64,000 nucleotides of DNA from Bdellovibrionota bacterium (GCA_041739995.1 JBGSMV010000047.1:128001-192000); one strand, 5' to 3'. Shown: positions 39,413 to 49,985, counted from the stretch's first letter. Made by a program: numbers and translations. The notes: generated by a model not told the origin, from the sequence alone.

Positions 39413-40027
39413 CTAAGAACCCTGCCCCTTAAATCCAGAGCCCACCACATAGAATTCATTCGAGGTTTTCCTGGTGGCATCCAACTCAGAGCGGCTGACT
39501 TTATTAAACATTGGCCGAATCATTTTGACAAACTGTTCAGCTTCATTGCTTTTAAAAAGTTTGATGATGAGAGTGCCGTCATTTTCAAGGGTTTTTGTCG
39601 CAATGTGAAAGGCCAATTCAGCGCACCCTATGGTGGCGGCGCGGTCGGCCTCTTTGATGCCGGTGAGTTTTGGCGACATATCCGACAAAACTGCCTGAAA
39701 CTTCCCACCGGCGATGCCGAAGGCCTGAGATTGGACATCTTCGTCCGCAGCATCTCCGGTAATCAGGCGAACTTGAGGAAATGGCAGCGGTTCTATAGCT
39801 ACCAAATCTATGCCCACGACTACTCCAGAGCTCCCCACTAGGTCGGCGGCTACTTGAAGCCAGCCACCCGGCCAAGCGCCAAGGTCCAAAACTCGACTCC
39901 CTGGGCCTATGGCTTTAAAGCGCTTGTTAAGCTCAATAAGCTTATAGGCCGCGCGCGACCGAAAGCCTTCTTCCTTGGCCTTGCGATAGAGATGATCGGT
40001 TCGGTTATAACCCCCTGACATAACCAA
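39413..40027 (-). CDS. rlmE: 23S rRNA (Um2552) 2'-O-methyltransferase
   Basis: RSRAAYKL, LDLGAWPGGW, SDMSP, K, SNEFY (K-D-K-E tetrad). Confidence 0.93.
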   Translation of the reverse strand: MVMSGGYNRTDHLYRKAKEEGFRSRAAYKLIELNKRFKAIGPGSRVLDLGAWPGGWLQVAADLVGSSGVVVGIDLVAIEPLPFPQVRLITGDAADEDVQSQAFGIAGGKFQAVLSDMSPKLTGIKEADRAATIGCAELAFHIATKTLENDGTLIIKLFKSNEAEQFVKMIRPMFNKVSRSELDATRKTSNEFYVVGSGFKGQGS

Positions 40028-40300
40028 GCTTTCTATCAGGCCTGTAAAAAAGAGTCATTCCTAGCACCTCAGTTAGTAGCAAAAACCTCGCAGACAATGC
40101 GTCCACGGCCCTTCGATTCGGAGACCCGGAGCGTGCCGCCGCTCGCAAGGACCTCCTGTAATATCAATAACTTCTAGTTATACTCGATACTAGAAAAAGA
40201 CTTGAAGCTTCATCGATTGTTTTGTATAGAATAAGACTAGAAGTCGGCGGGTTTGTAGACGCTGAGTTTGGCAGGGCGTTACGTAATTGTAGGGGCACTT

Positions 40301-40492
40301 ATGTTGTATGAAGTCGATCTAAGCTTGGGTCTTGATGTGTTACTCACCCTTTTGACCGCATTTTACCTGGTTTGGTTGCTGTTCAAGGAAGGCCTGATTG
40401 CGAGGGGTGAAATGTTTAGCCTTGGTGCAGGCAATTTTTATTCTTCAGAAAAGCGCTCTTTGAGAAGTCAGAGGCTAGAAGTCAGAGGTTAG
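40301..40492 (+). CDS. Possible small single-TM protein (63 aa)
   Basis: AGGGG SD-like sequence before ATG 40301; hydrophobic VLLTLLTAFYLVWLLF. The 3' end runs into a tandem repeat. Confidence 0.35.
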   Translation: MLYEVDLSLGLDVLLTLLTAFYLVWLLFKEGLIARGEMFSLGAGNFYSSEKRSLRSQRLEVRG

Positions 40493-40503
40493 AAGCAGAG
40501 GTT
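40463..40503. repeat. 14-bp tandem repeat AGAAGTCAGAGGYT x3
   Basis: Units at 40463, 40477 and 40491 (last has a 1-nt deletion). Confidence 0.85.
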
Positions 40504-40681
40504 AAGCGGTCAGCACTGATAATCTGCACTGCCAGAGAAGCAGCATTAGGGAGTGCGGCGTAGTCATCCCGACATTGTGAGCGCGATCAGCTGACGCGTT
40601 CTTGAAGCTCATTTCAAAATAAGCGTCTAATATATTGATGCACTCTCGCCGCCTCGAGCTATCCTTTTTCACTGGTCAGTA

Positions 40682-40726
40682 TTTCTTGCCTCTATGTTTC
40701 TTGCCGCTATGTTTCTTGCCTCTATC
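40682..40726. repeat. 15-bp tandem repeat TTTCTTGCCKCTATG x3
   Basis: Units at 40682, 40697 and 40712. Confidence 0.88.
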
Positions 40727-41058
40727 CCAGCGGCTTCTCCGGTAATCGCCCACTTCGCAGCTGAATTACTTGTTGTAGGAGTCTCTGCAAACGGGTGGGT
40801 GTCGGACGCAACTTTAATCAAAAACCTTGGATAATAGAGCGTTGGCTGAGAGCAACGGCACTGTTGTTGTGCTTTTCACTATAATGAAGGGCTCGCAATA
40901 AATGGATTTGATTGCCTCGTGAGTGCTAGTTTGGAGGTCGGTAATTGCGTTATGTGGCCGAGTATTTAGGTGCATAATTAGGAGCAACGACCAGCAGCCG
41001 CCTCAGCAAGCAGCTCTTCTGTTCTAGTTCGTTTTCTCGTAGGTGCATAATTTAAATT

Positions 41059-43188
41059 ATGGAAGACACTCTTGCTAATCTCAACGAAGCTCAGCAAAAA
41101 GCAGTAGAGCACTTTAAGGGCCCTATTCTCGTTCTTGCGGGTGCGGGTAGCGGCAAAACGAGAGTGCTCACACGGCGCATCGCGCATTTGATTCTCAAAC
41201 ATCACGTTCATCCCGAGCAAATTCTGGCGGTCACTTTTACAAATAAAGCCACCGAGGAAATGCGCGAGCGCCTCAAGGACATGCTGGGAGACCGCGCAAC
41301 CAATCTCTGGGTTTCCACTTTCCACTCCGCTTGTTTGAAAATACTGAGGAGATCCGCCACAGAGCTTGGGTATCTCAATGATTTCGTGGTGTACGACGAC
41401 CAAGATTCGCGTGGAGTAATGAAGCAAGTTCTTAAGGATTGCTCAGTCGACGATAAGAAATTTCCAATTCAAGGATTCACTAAAGCCTTTGACCAAGCCA
41501 AGAACTCTGTAATCACTCCTGATGAATTCTATCGCTGGGCGTCAGGGAAAACTTCCAGTTGGAAGGGGCACGGCACAGAAGGACTCTCTGTGAGAGGTGA
41601 AGCGATTGAGTATCAGCTGAAGCTCCAAACGGAAGTCTATGGATTTTACCAAAAGGCACTAATGCGAGCGAACGCCATGGATTTTGGCGACCTACTCATG
41701 AATGCCGTGCTGTTGCTTGAGGGGAATCCTGAAATCCGCGCCTTCTACCAAAGGCGATTACAATTTGTGTTGGTGGACGAGTTCCAAGACACCAATGAAG
41801 CGCAGTACCGCTTTATTCGACTCATTTCCGACACGCATCGAAATCTACTGGTGGTGGGAGACGATGATCAGTCTATCTACGCGTTCCGCGGCGCGACGAT
41901 ACGAAACATTCTTGAGTTCGAGAAGGACTACGAGAACACCACAGTAGTAACACTGGACCGAAACTATCGCTCTACCGGCAATATTCTCGAAGCCGCTTAT
42001 GGCGTCATTCGCCACAACAAGTCGAGAAAAGAGAAGAAGCTTTGGACCGACGCTGAGCCTGGCAGCACGCTTAAGCTGTTTGTCGGTGCGGATGAAATGG
42101 AAGAGGCGCAATTCATCGCCGACCAGGTTTCCACTTTTCGTACCAACGGTGGGTCTTTAAAGGACGTCGCAATTTTCTACCGCACTAACGCCCAGTCGCG
42201 CGTGCTCGAAGAATCATTTATTAACGCGGGAATTCCGTACAGAATATTCGGCGGACTACGCTTTTATGATCGCAAAGAAATTCGAGACATTCTCGCCTAT
42301 CTTCGACTTTTGGTTAACGTTTCAGACGATCAAGCCTTTCTCCGCGTAATAAACACACCTCCGCGTGGCATTGGTAATCAAGCGCTGGACTCCATGCAGA
42401 AACATGCACGGCAGCAAAAAGTTCCGCTGCTTGAAGCCGCTCGTGAGCTCTCTCGGTCCAATAAGAAAATAGCGGCGTTTGTGCAGCTTTTTGATCATCT
42501 GCATCAGAAGAGCACAGAAGCACCTTTGTCTGAACTAATTCGCGAAGTGATTGAGAGGTCGGGGTATCGGGCGAAGTTAAAGGAGACCCACGACGCAACG
42601 GCCGAATCTCGCTTGGAAAACTTAATGGAACTCGAAGCGATTGGGCGCGCGGCATCTGGCGCTGGAGAAACTCCATCAGAGAGTCTTCGAATGTTCTTAG
42701 ATAAAATAGCGCTTACCAGCTCGGCAGAGCTTCCAAAAGGCGACGGCACGCTTGGTTCAGATAAGGAGAAAGAAGATCCTGCGAATTCTGTATCTTTCAT
42801 GACTCTTCATCTGGCTAAAGGTCTCGAGTTCCCAATGGTATTTCTTGTTGGATGCGAAGAGGGATTACTTCCGCACTATCGTTCGCTGTATGACCCAACC
42901 GAGTTAGAGGAAGAGCGACGCTTATGTTACGTGGGAATTACGAGAGCGATGCGTGACTTGTATCTCACCAGGGCGATTACTCGTGGGATGTTTGCCATGG
43001 GAGACAGCGGCGGAGGTCTATACCGTGAGCCAAGTCGGTTTCTTAACGACATCCCTCTTGAGCTTCAAGAGCAACTCGGATTCAACCGTGATGCCTGGGA
43101 CAGCTCGGAGGAATGGGACGATGGGGTCGATGTTGACAGCACTCTTGGTGAGGAGTCCATCGGCGAGGAAGTCTGGGACAAAGAGTAG
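41059..43188 (+). CDS. uvrD: UvrD/PcrA-family SF1A DNA helicase
   Basis: AGAGSGKT, TFTNKA, STFHS, DEFQDTN, VGDDDQSIY, NYRS, YRTNAQSR, HLAKGLEFP, EERRLCYVGITRA. Confidence 0.94.
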   Translation: MEDTLANLNEAQQKAVEHFKGPILVLAGAGSGKTRVLTRRIAHLILKHHVHPEQILAVTFTNKATEEMRERLKDMLGDRATNLWVSTFHSACLKILRRSATELGYLNDFVVYDDQDSRGVMKQVLKDCSVDDKKFPIQGFTKAFDQAKNSVITPDEFYRWASGKTSSWKGHGTEGLSVRGEAIEYQLKLQTEVYGFYQKALMRANAMDFGDLLMNAVLLLEGNPEIRAFYQRRLQFVLVDEFQDTNEAQYRFIRLISDTHRNLLVVGDDDQSIYAFRGATIRNILEFEKDYENTTVVTLDRNYRSTGNILEAAYGVIRHNKSRKEKKLWTDAEPGSTLKLFVGADEMEEAQFIADQVSTFRTNGGSLKDVAIFYRTNAQSRVLEESFINAGIPYRIFGGLRFYDRKEIRDILAYLRLLVNVSDDQAFLRVINTPPRGIGNQALDSMQKHARQQKVPLLEAARELSRSNKKIAAFVQLFDHLHQKSTEAPLSELIREVIERSGYRAKLKETHDATAESRLENLMELEAIGRAASGAGETPSESLRMFLDKIALTSSAELPKGDGTLGSDKEKEDPANSVSFMTLHLAKGLEFPMVFLVGCEEGLLPHYRSLYDPTELEEERRLCYVGITRAMRDLYLTRAITRGMFAMGDSGGGLYREPSRFLNDIPLELQEQLGFNRDAWDSSEEWDDGVDVDSTLGEESIGEEVWDKE

Positions 43189-43227
43189 AAACTCCTCCTA
43201 AAACAATTCACTGAGATAGGTCTCCGC

Positions 43228-45765
43228 ATGAGTTCCGAACTCGTTATCGAGAAACGCATACCGGAGCTCCTCGCGTTGCTAAGCGCGAGAAACCAGTTGC
43301 TAGTGAGTGCTCCCCCAGGAGCAGGTAAAACAACAGTCGTACCGTTAAGCCTCTTAGACCAGGAATGGAGTCGGGAGAAGAAGATTCTCCTGCTTGAGCC
43401 CCGAAGAGTTGCAGCGGTGGCGGCGGCAGAATTCATGAGCGAAAGAGCCGGCACTGCTGTAGGCGAATTAGTTGGTTATCGCACCAGAGCAGCATCCCGA
43501 AGTTCATCTCGTACCCGGGTCGAAGTAGTCACCGAAGGAATTCTCACTCGTATGTTACTGGACGATCCGGGACTCGAGGAGTACGCCGCAGTAATTTTCG
43601 ACGAGTTCCATGAACGTAGCATTCATGCCGACTTAGGCTTAGCACTTTGTCTTCAAAGCCAGGAGACACTTAGACCAGACCTGCGGATAGTGATCATGTC
43701 TGCCACGGTGGACATTGCAGAGCTGCAAAAGATGCTTGCCAGTGCCGTGCTGTTTAGCGTCGAAGGTAGGTCATTTCCAGTTGAAGTTACCTATCGCCCA
43801 GTGGTGAAGAGTCTCTCGCTTGAAGAGCAGGTTAGTGCAGCAATTCACCAAGTGTACGCCACACGGAATGGAGATGTTTTAGTTTTCTTGCCTGGACGAA
43901 GGGAAATTCAAGCGGCGCAGCGGTTTCTTGGCAAGAGTCGCGAGTTATCGAACAGCGATATCTGCACGCTTTCAGGGGAAACGCCGATCGGAGAGCAGCG
44001 TGGAGTACTGCGCGGTGCCTCCGCTGAACGCAGAAGAATCATTCTTTCGACTAACATTGCAGAGACTAGCGTCACCATTCCAGGCGTTACTATTGTCATA
44101 GACAGTGGACTGATGCGGGTTTCTCAGCTGGATCATTCAACCGGAATCCCCAAGCTAGTGACGGTTCGCGTGGCCCAGACAAACGCTACTCAGCGCGCGG
44201 GGCGAGCGGGGAGAACCGCACCAGGGGCGTGCGTTCGATTATGGAGTGAAGCCGAGCAGCGAGCACTGCGCCCATTTGGAGAGCCTGAAATTCTCCGCGC
44301 TGATATCGCACCGTTACTGCTTAACCTGGCAGAATGGGGAGTGCGGTCACCGTCGGACTTAAAGTTTCTTAGTCCCCCGAGCGAAGCGGCAGTGGACGAA
44401 GGGTGGCGCCTACTCAATACTTTAGGTGCCGTTGACACCGAGCGGCGCATTACCTCGCTTGGAAAACAAATTGCGCGTCTTGGTGTGCACCCACGTCTGG
44501 GCAGCATGTTGATTCGAGCAAAGCTTGCCGGAGTGTCCGCGGTAGCTTGTGATCTCGCAGCACTTCAAGAGGAGGAAGACTCGCTTCGAAAGAGTGGAGG
44601 TGAGATCGATGTTGCAGCTCGTTGGCATGCCCTGCAACGGTTTCGTGAGCGAGGCGGAGAGAGTCGAGTTTTGGAGCGAGTAGCGCGCAATGCGCAGCGT
44701 TTAGGAGAGAGGGTTAAAAACCTAACCCTTGAGACCTTTCGAGGCGGCTTGGTCGAAGCAGATCTGGATTCAGGCTTATCCGGAGATCAACATCTGGGCC
44801 TTCTTCTTGCGTGGGCCTATCCCGATAGGATTGCCAAAAGACGCGCTGAAAAGTCAGAAGCTTATTTGCTTGCGAATGGGGTTGGAGCGAAGCTCCCTCA
44901 AGGAAGTGCAATGTCGAGGCACGAGTACTTTGTTGCAGCGACTGTGGTCGGTGGGGCCGAGAGAGCAATGGTTCATTTGGCAGAAGCACTTTCGAGCTCC
45001 GATATCGAGACACTGCTTGAGTCAATAGGCACAAGCGAACAACAAACCACGTGGGATTCCAACACAGAATCAGTGCGAGCCTTTGAGGAGGAGCGCCTCG
45101 GCGCTATCTCAGTGCGGCGGCGCTATGTGGAACCTGATCCAGAAAAGGCTACGCAGATTATTCTTGATGTAATTCGGGCAAAAGGACTCGACTTTCTTCC
45201 GTGGTCCAAAGATGCATTGAGCTTAAGAGAGCGAGCTAGTTGGGCGCTCGACAATGGGCTTGTTCCCTTAGAGTTTCCGGATCTTCGCTCTGCATGGTTG
45301 CTAGATAACTTGGAGCACTGGCTTGTCCCGTATTTGGCGAAGGTGTCTTCATTGAAAGAATTAAGAAAGCTCGACATGGGGCAGGTTCTACGCAACTTGC
45401 TTTCTTTTCAGTACGGAGCACTGCTCGAATCGCTCGCTCCCGCCACGTTGGTACTTCCCACTGGCACACACGCGTCGATATCCTACGACAGCGCACCAAC
45501 CATTGAAGTGATGCTTCAAGAGCTTTTTGGAGTGGTGGATAGTCCGTGTATCGCGAATGGCAAAGTGCCCCTGAGCATCGCGCTACTCTCACCCGCGAGG
45601 AGGCCTCTACAGATTACTAAGGACCTAAGATCGTTTTGGACGACCACTTATCAGTCCATTCGCGGAGAGATGCGAGCTCGGTATCCGAAGCATCTTTGGC
45701 CCGAAAAACCCCTGGAATGTGCCCCTCATCGAGGCCCTCGCCGAAAGCCACGAACAGCTACATAG
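43228..45765 (+). CDS. hrpB: ATP-dependent helicase HrpB
   Basis: PPGAGKTT, DEFHERS, MSAT, TNIAETS, QRAGRAGR, LSPARRPLQIT, RYPKHLWP. Confidence 0.96.
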   Translation: MSSELVIEKRIPELLALLSARNQLLVSAPPGAGKTTVVPLSLLDQEWSREKKILLLEPRRVAAVAAAEFMSERAGTAVGELVGYRTRAASRSSSRTRVEVVTEGILTRMLLDDPGLEEYAAVIFDEFHERSIHADLGLALCLQSQETLRPDLRIVIMSATVDIAELQKMLASAVLFSVEGRSFPVEVTYRPVVKSLSLEEQVSAAIHQVYATRNGDVLVFLPGRREIQAAQRFLGKSRELSNSDICTLSGETPIGEQRGVLRGASAERRRIILSTNIAETSVTIPGVTIVIDSGLMRVSQLDHSTGIPKLVTVRVAQTNATQRAGRAGRTAPGACVRLWSEAEQRALRPFGEPEILRADIAPLLLNLAEWGVRSPSDLKFLSPPSEAAVDEGWRLLNTLGAVDTERRITSLGKQIARLGVHPRLGSMLIRAKLAGVSAVACDLAALQEEEDSLRKSGGEIDVAARWHALQRFRERGGESRVLERVARNAQRLGERVKNLTLETFRGGLVEADLDSGLSGDQHLGLLLAWAYPDRIAKRRAEKSEAYLLANGVGAKLPQGSAMSRHEYFVAATVVGGAERAMVHLAEALSSSDIETLLESIGTSEQQTTWDSNTESVRAFEEERLGAISVRRRYVEPDPEKATQIILDVIRAKGLDFLPWSKDALSLRERASWALDNGLVPLEFPDLRSAWLLDNLEHWLVPYLAKVSSLKELRKLDMGQVLRNLLSFQYGALLESLAPATLVLPTGTHASISYDSAPTIEVMLQELFGVVDSPCIANGKVPLSIALLSPARRPLQITKDLRSFWTTTYQSIRGEMRARYPKHLWPEKPLECAPHRGPRRKPRTAT

Positions 45766-45889
45766 TAGTCGAGGCTACAGAAGCACTAAAGTTGGTTTAA
45801 AAAACGGTTAAAAAACAGTGAGTTAGGGCGCCAAAAAGCCACGCATTGCCTAAGTCATATCTGCTAGAATTAGTTACATATTTTTAATT

Positions 45890-48421
45890 ATGGCTGAAGC
45901 CCCGAACCCTAACCTGGCAAGGCTCAAAGGCGCTGCGCCCGTAGAGCTTTCTGACGGCTCGCTCCCTCTGTGGGGAGATGGCGTTCGTGCGTCCGTACCT
46001 GGTACTTCGGTGGGCACTTCGGTCGAGGGTCGCTCGATGGGACCTGGCTTGTCTTCTGGAGTGGACAGCGGAGGAAGCTCCCTCGGCGCTCAAGCTGGAA
46101 GAAACTCATCCGGCACTAGTAGCGGCGGTTCAACAACGTCAGGTACTTCAAGTGCTGCAAGTTCTTCTGGTTATTCCGGGGGCGTGACTTCAGGAGGCGG
46201 TGCTGGCGACAGTGTCGGCTCGTTATCTACTCCCGCAGTGGCACGACCGCAGAATCAAAGTGAAGAACAATCTCGGCAGCCACAAAGTCCTGCGGTTAAC
46301 CCTACTCCTTCAGCTGCCCCGGCTTCTCTTGGCCAAACAGGTTCTTTTGATTCAACGACACTTCCTAGAACCTCAGCGGAGCAACCAGGACAAAACAACA
46401 ACAATGCTCAGCACAGAATTGAACAGGCGCTTCGACCTGACGCTTCAAATGCAGCGCCTGTGGAACGCGCTGCGCCATCTCGGGAGCCTGCACCTCAAAC
46501 TAGCCCCTCACCTGCACGCCCTGAGCAGGAAGTAGCCCGTGCTCGGGAATCGCTTAACCAACAAACGATAGTGGAGCGTCCTGCAGAGCGCTCGACAGAA
46601 AGATCAAAACTAGAGCCTGAGAAATCCATTTATTCTGCACCGACCCTCGCGGAAAAAGAGCAAGCACGACTCTCAGGGCGGGAACGCGAAGCGGTCTCCC
46701 CATCAGAGCGAGTGAGCGCCAGAGACGGAGTTGCCGAGCGGGCACCTGTTGCGCCAGACCGCGTACCGGGTGCCTTGTCTGAGCGAGTTATTGAGAGTCG
46801 GCCCCGAGTCGACAGTGCAACACAATCCAGCGATAGAGAGGCTATTAGAACTCCTCCACAAGTCACTGGCCCAGAGTCTCGTGTGGAACAGCGCACCGAT
46901 ACCCGATCGGCTGAGCCCACTCTGCGCGACCTAGACATTCGGCGACCGCAGGCTACTGAATCAAATCGCGAACCAGTGGCGGCACGGACTGAGCCAATTT
47001 CTCCGCGCAATGTTGAGCGCAACGAAACTCCTCGAAATATCACGCCCACACAACGAGAGTTGCCGGTAGAGCGCAGCGGCGGAAAATCGGGCGAACCTTC
47101 TGTTTCAAGAGCGGAGCCTCAGATTTTGAAGCCTCAAACACGAACTCTAGAAAATCGGCGGCCTCTTTCGCGAGATCCTCAAGCTGGCGAAAGAAATGCG
47201 GCGTCATCAAGTATTCGCATAAGGGATCGTGCACCGAAGACCCGTCAACAATCCGCGGCAATTCCTGGCAAGGGCTCAGAGCAAGCGGTAGCCAAGACCG
47301 GAGTGCGAAGCATTGCAGATAGGATTAAGGAGTTGGCAGGAGTTAAGAGACCGGGCCTTAAAGAACGAGTTACTAAAGAAGGGAAAGACGCCGCTCAAGC
47401 GCGAGCGAAACATCAGATGGACAAAGCGGGACGTGGCACCGCGGGCGATAGACCAGCGCGCGCCTCTGGAGAACGCTCACCCAATTCGCGCGACAGGGGC
47501 ACTGATGTACGTGGTCTAAAAGGGAAAGCTCAAGCAAAAGACGGAAAGATAGATTCTGGAAAATCCTACTCTGACCGAGTTAAGTCAGATACAGCCACTA
47601 AGAATGAGACCAGAAAGGCGGGCTCGGGCAGATCGCTGAGCGACCGAACTACTTCCGAAAAAAGTATCAGAGACGGACAGACTGCAGCCGAACGGCAGGC
47701 TGCGCGCGAAGATCGAACTGCCGGTAGAGTAATAAATGGACAGCGCAAGGACGAAGGAGAGATTTCGCCTGGCGTGAAGCGACTCAGGGAAAGAGCACAA
47801 CAATCCCCGATAAAGCTTGGGAAAGATGGCCTAAGGACTGAAGACCTTGGGGGTCCGCGAGGAATTGATCGGCTGCGCGATCCTGCGTCCAAGGAGCAGC
47901 GTGCTGGTACTTCACTGACGGAACGCGTTCGACAGGGCACAGCCAGTCCAGTGGAGCGAGTAACTCATGAAGTAGTTGAGTTCATGAAAGGAATTTTCGG
48001 CATTCAAGATAACGAACAGGTTGAAGTTCCGAATTCTCTCCAGGAGCAGTCGGGCACCGATCTTGAAAATCAGGAGCTTAAAATCGAAGAAGAAGATTTA
48101 CGTGAAGATCTTGAGCACTCCACTGAAGAGCAGGAGCTTGAACTTGCGCTTAGTGATGGGCAAGTTGCTCGCGTCTACAGTATCAGGGGTAAGGTCGTTG
48201 AATTTGCTTCTGCGAAACCTCTTTCCGGCATTACTGTTGAGTTGGCCGGATATTCCACCTGTCTTACGGATGTGCGTGGTGAATACGTCTTTGAGGACAT
48301 TCTGGAGGGAACGCAATATCAGATTCTAGTGCAACCCTGCGCCTATGACTTCACTCCAGATAGAGTCTCCGGGGTGGTGTCGGGATATGCCACGCACCAC
48401 TTCTTTGGAAAGCAACACTAA
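45890..48421 (+). CDS. Large low-complexity protein with C-terminal carboxypeptidase-regulatory-like beta-sandwich
   Basis: 843 aa ORF. Gly/Ser-rich, then Arg/Glu/Pro-rich, then acidic. Last ~80 aa read YSIRGKV..PLSGITVEL..TDVRGEYVF..Y.I..YDFTP. Extended -10-like TGCTAGAAT at 45862-45870. Confidence 0.75.
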   Translation: MAEAPNPNLARLKGAAPVELSDGSLPLWGDGVRASVPGTSVGTSVEGRSMGPGLSSGVDSGGSSLGAQAGRNSSGTSSGGSTTSGTSSAASSSGYSGGVTSGGGAGDSVGSLSTPAVARPQNQSEEQSRQPQSPAVNPTPSAAPASLGQTGSFDSTTLPRTSAEQPGQNNNNAQHRIEQALRPDASNAAPVERAAPSREPAPQTSPSPARPEQEVARARESLNQQTIVERPAERSTERSKLEPEKSIYSAPTLAEKEQARLSGREREAVSPSERVSARDGVAERAPVAPDRVPGALSERVIESRPRVDSATQSSDREAIRTPPQVTGPESRVEQRTDTRSAEPTLRDLDIRRPQATESNREPVAARTEPISPRNVERNETPRNITPTQRELPVERSGGKSGEPSVSRAEPQILKPQTRTLENRRPLSRDPQAGERNAASSSIRIRDRAPKTRQQSAAIPGKGSEQAVAKTGVRSIADRIKELAGVKRPGLKERVTKEGKDAAQARAKHQMDKAGRGTAGDRPARASGERSPNSRDRGTDVRGLKGKAQAKDGKIDSGKSYSDRVKSDTATKNETRKAGSGRSLSDRTTSEKSIRDGQTAAERQAAREDRTAGRVINGQRKDEGEISPGVKRLRERAQQSPIKLGKDGLRTEDLGGPRGIDRLRDPASKEQRAGTSLTERVRQGTASPVERVTHEVVEFMKGIFGIQDNEQVEVPNSLQEQSGTDLENQELKIEEEDLREDLEHSTEEQELELALSDGQVARVYSIRGKVVEFASAKPLSGITVELAGYSTCLTDVRGEYVFEDILEGTQYQILVQPCAYDFTPDRVSGVVSGYATHHFFGKQH

Positions 48422-48590
48422 GCTTTCAACTGTGACTCTACGGCTTGAAATAATACATTCCTACCATCGAATAATCCGCGCTGCATCGCAGACTTGGTGA
48501 GATCTGAGAGGAATGTCTTGTAAGTTGATCAGAGTTTCGGAATTTTAACGCGGAGAAGTGGAGGTCACGGAGAGGGACTAGCCGGACTCC

Positions 48591-49712
48591 TCAGTGAAGT
48601 CTGATTCCTTGCCCACGTTTGACTACGTGCAGATGCGCCTCTGAATAGTTGCCATTCGGGCCAGTGCTAAAATCAACCCGCCCACTTTCTCCAGGGTAGA
48701 TTACCTTGAGCATTCCGACCTCTGGCCTATTTGGATCTAGTGCGAATGCTTTAAGCAAAGACCGCGCAGCTTCATATCCTTCGACTGCGTTCAGCATCGG
48801 CGCTTTCTTAAACCTGCTCTCAAATCGCGTCACAAAAGCATCACTTGGGGTCCAATCAGTGTAGTAGATCCCCTCACTAAGTTCCTCAGAAACAGATTTT
48901 AGTTTTAGTTCCTCGACAACATTGGAGGTGGTGAGAATCTTTGGATGTAGTCCCAGCTCGCGCAGTCGCTTTAGGATTCGGTCTGCCTGATATCCAAAAA
49001 TAACGGCGTCCGGCCGTTTGACCGAGATCTTAGCCACTTCAGCACGCCAATCCGTTCCCATATCCAGTGAGCGTTGGACCGACACAATTGTGACTCCGGC
49101 TTTCTGAGCCGCTTCGCTCCAGACCCTTTCATAGGCATGGCCCCAATCATTGTCCCAGCTGAGAATGGCCGCTGTTTTTAGCTCCGGATTGAGTTCAAAG
49201 AATCGATCGACGGCATCATGCGCCGAGGCGATGCGCGGCCCAGTGGTGAAAAAATATGGGGACCGTTCGTGTGTAGATTGGTCAATGATAGTGGAGACTA
49301 AGAGCACCTTCGACGATCGCGAAAGTGCGATAAGTGGCGAGGTAAGAAAGTCCCACACATCACCAAGCGTTGCGTCGACACGATCGACGCTCACCAGCTT
49401 TTTGTACGCACTCACTGAACCAGTCGGGTTAGTGCGACTATCCTCTAACATGAGCTCGACCTTGCGGCCAGTCACGCCTCCGGCGGCGTTCGCCTCTTCA
49501 ATGGCGAGTTCCCAACCAAAGCGAGCCATCTCTCCCCAGCCGGCAGCGGGGCCAGTAAGTGAGACTATTCCTCCAACTCGCAGGGGTTTGGAGGCAACTT
49601 CGCTCACCTCAGGCTGCTGCGAACCGACAACCGAGGGAAAGGTTACAATCAGCAAGCTTATGAATAATTTCCAAAATGGTCTTTTCGCTTCAGTCGCAGA
49701 CGTGTCGAACAT
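48591..49712 (-). CDS. Leu/Ile/Val-binding-protein-family periplasmic substrate-binding protein (orphan)
   Basis: N-terminal hydrophobic segment, RVGGIVSLTGPAA, AIEEANAAGGVTGRKVEL..EDS, GYEA. Confidence 0.88.
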   Translation of the reverse strand: MFDTSATEAKRPFWKLFISLLIVTFPSVVGSQQPEVSEVASKPLRVGGIVSLTGPAAGWGEMARFGWELAIEEANAAGGVTGRKVELMLEDSRTNPTGSVSAYKKLVSVDRVDATLGDVWDFLTSPLIALSRSSKVLLVSTIIDQSTHERSPYFFTTGPRIASAHDAVDRFFELNPELKTAAILSWDNDWGHAYERVWSEAAQKAGVTIVSVQRSLDMGTDWRAEVAKISVKRPDAVIFGYQADRILKRLRELGLHPKILTTSNVVEELKLKSVSEELSEGIYYTDWTPSDAFVTRFESRFKKAPMLNAVEGYEAARSLLKAFALDPNRPEVGMLKVIYPGESGRVDFSTGPNGNYSEAHLHVVKRGQGIRLH

Positions 49713-49985
49713 AAATTTCCTTTTTGGCGGAAGGCGTTCAGGATTGCCTGCATCGGTGATAGGTGTTCAGACGCTTTGTGTAATCCAACTTTTGCAGACG
49801 TCCAAGCAGGCGAGGGATAGTTTTCATCGAGGGATTCTATTTATCTCGTGCAGCACTTTTGTGCGATACGATGGACGAAATGGCCGTGAGAACGTCGCGA
49901 AGGCGTTTATAGTCGCTATTGTGGCGAATTCACCTCTCATACAAATTTCCTGATTATATTTTGGAGTAGGGGTAAAATTACAACC

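Noticed and set aside
49150..49953. 267-aa plus-strand ORF
   Set aside because: Mostly antisense to the substrate-binding protein gene, with no protein-like motifs.
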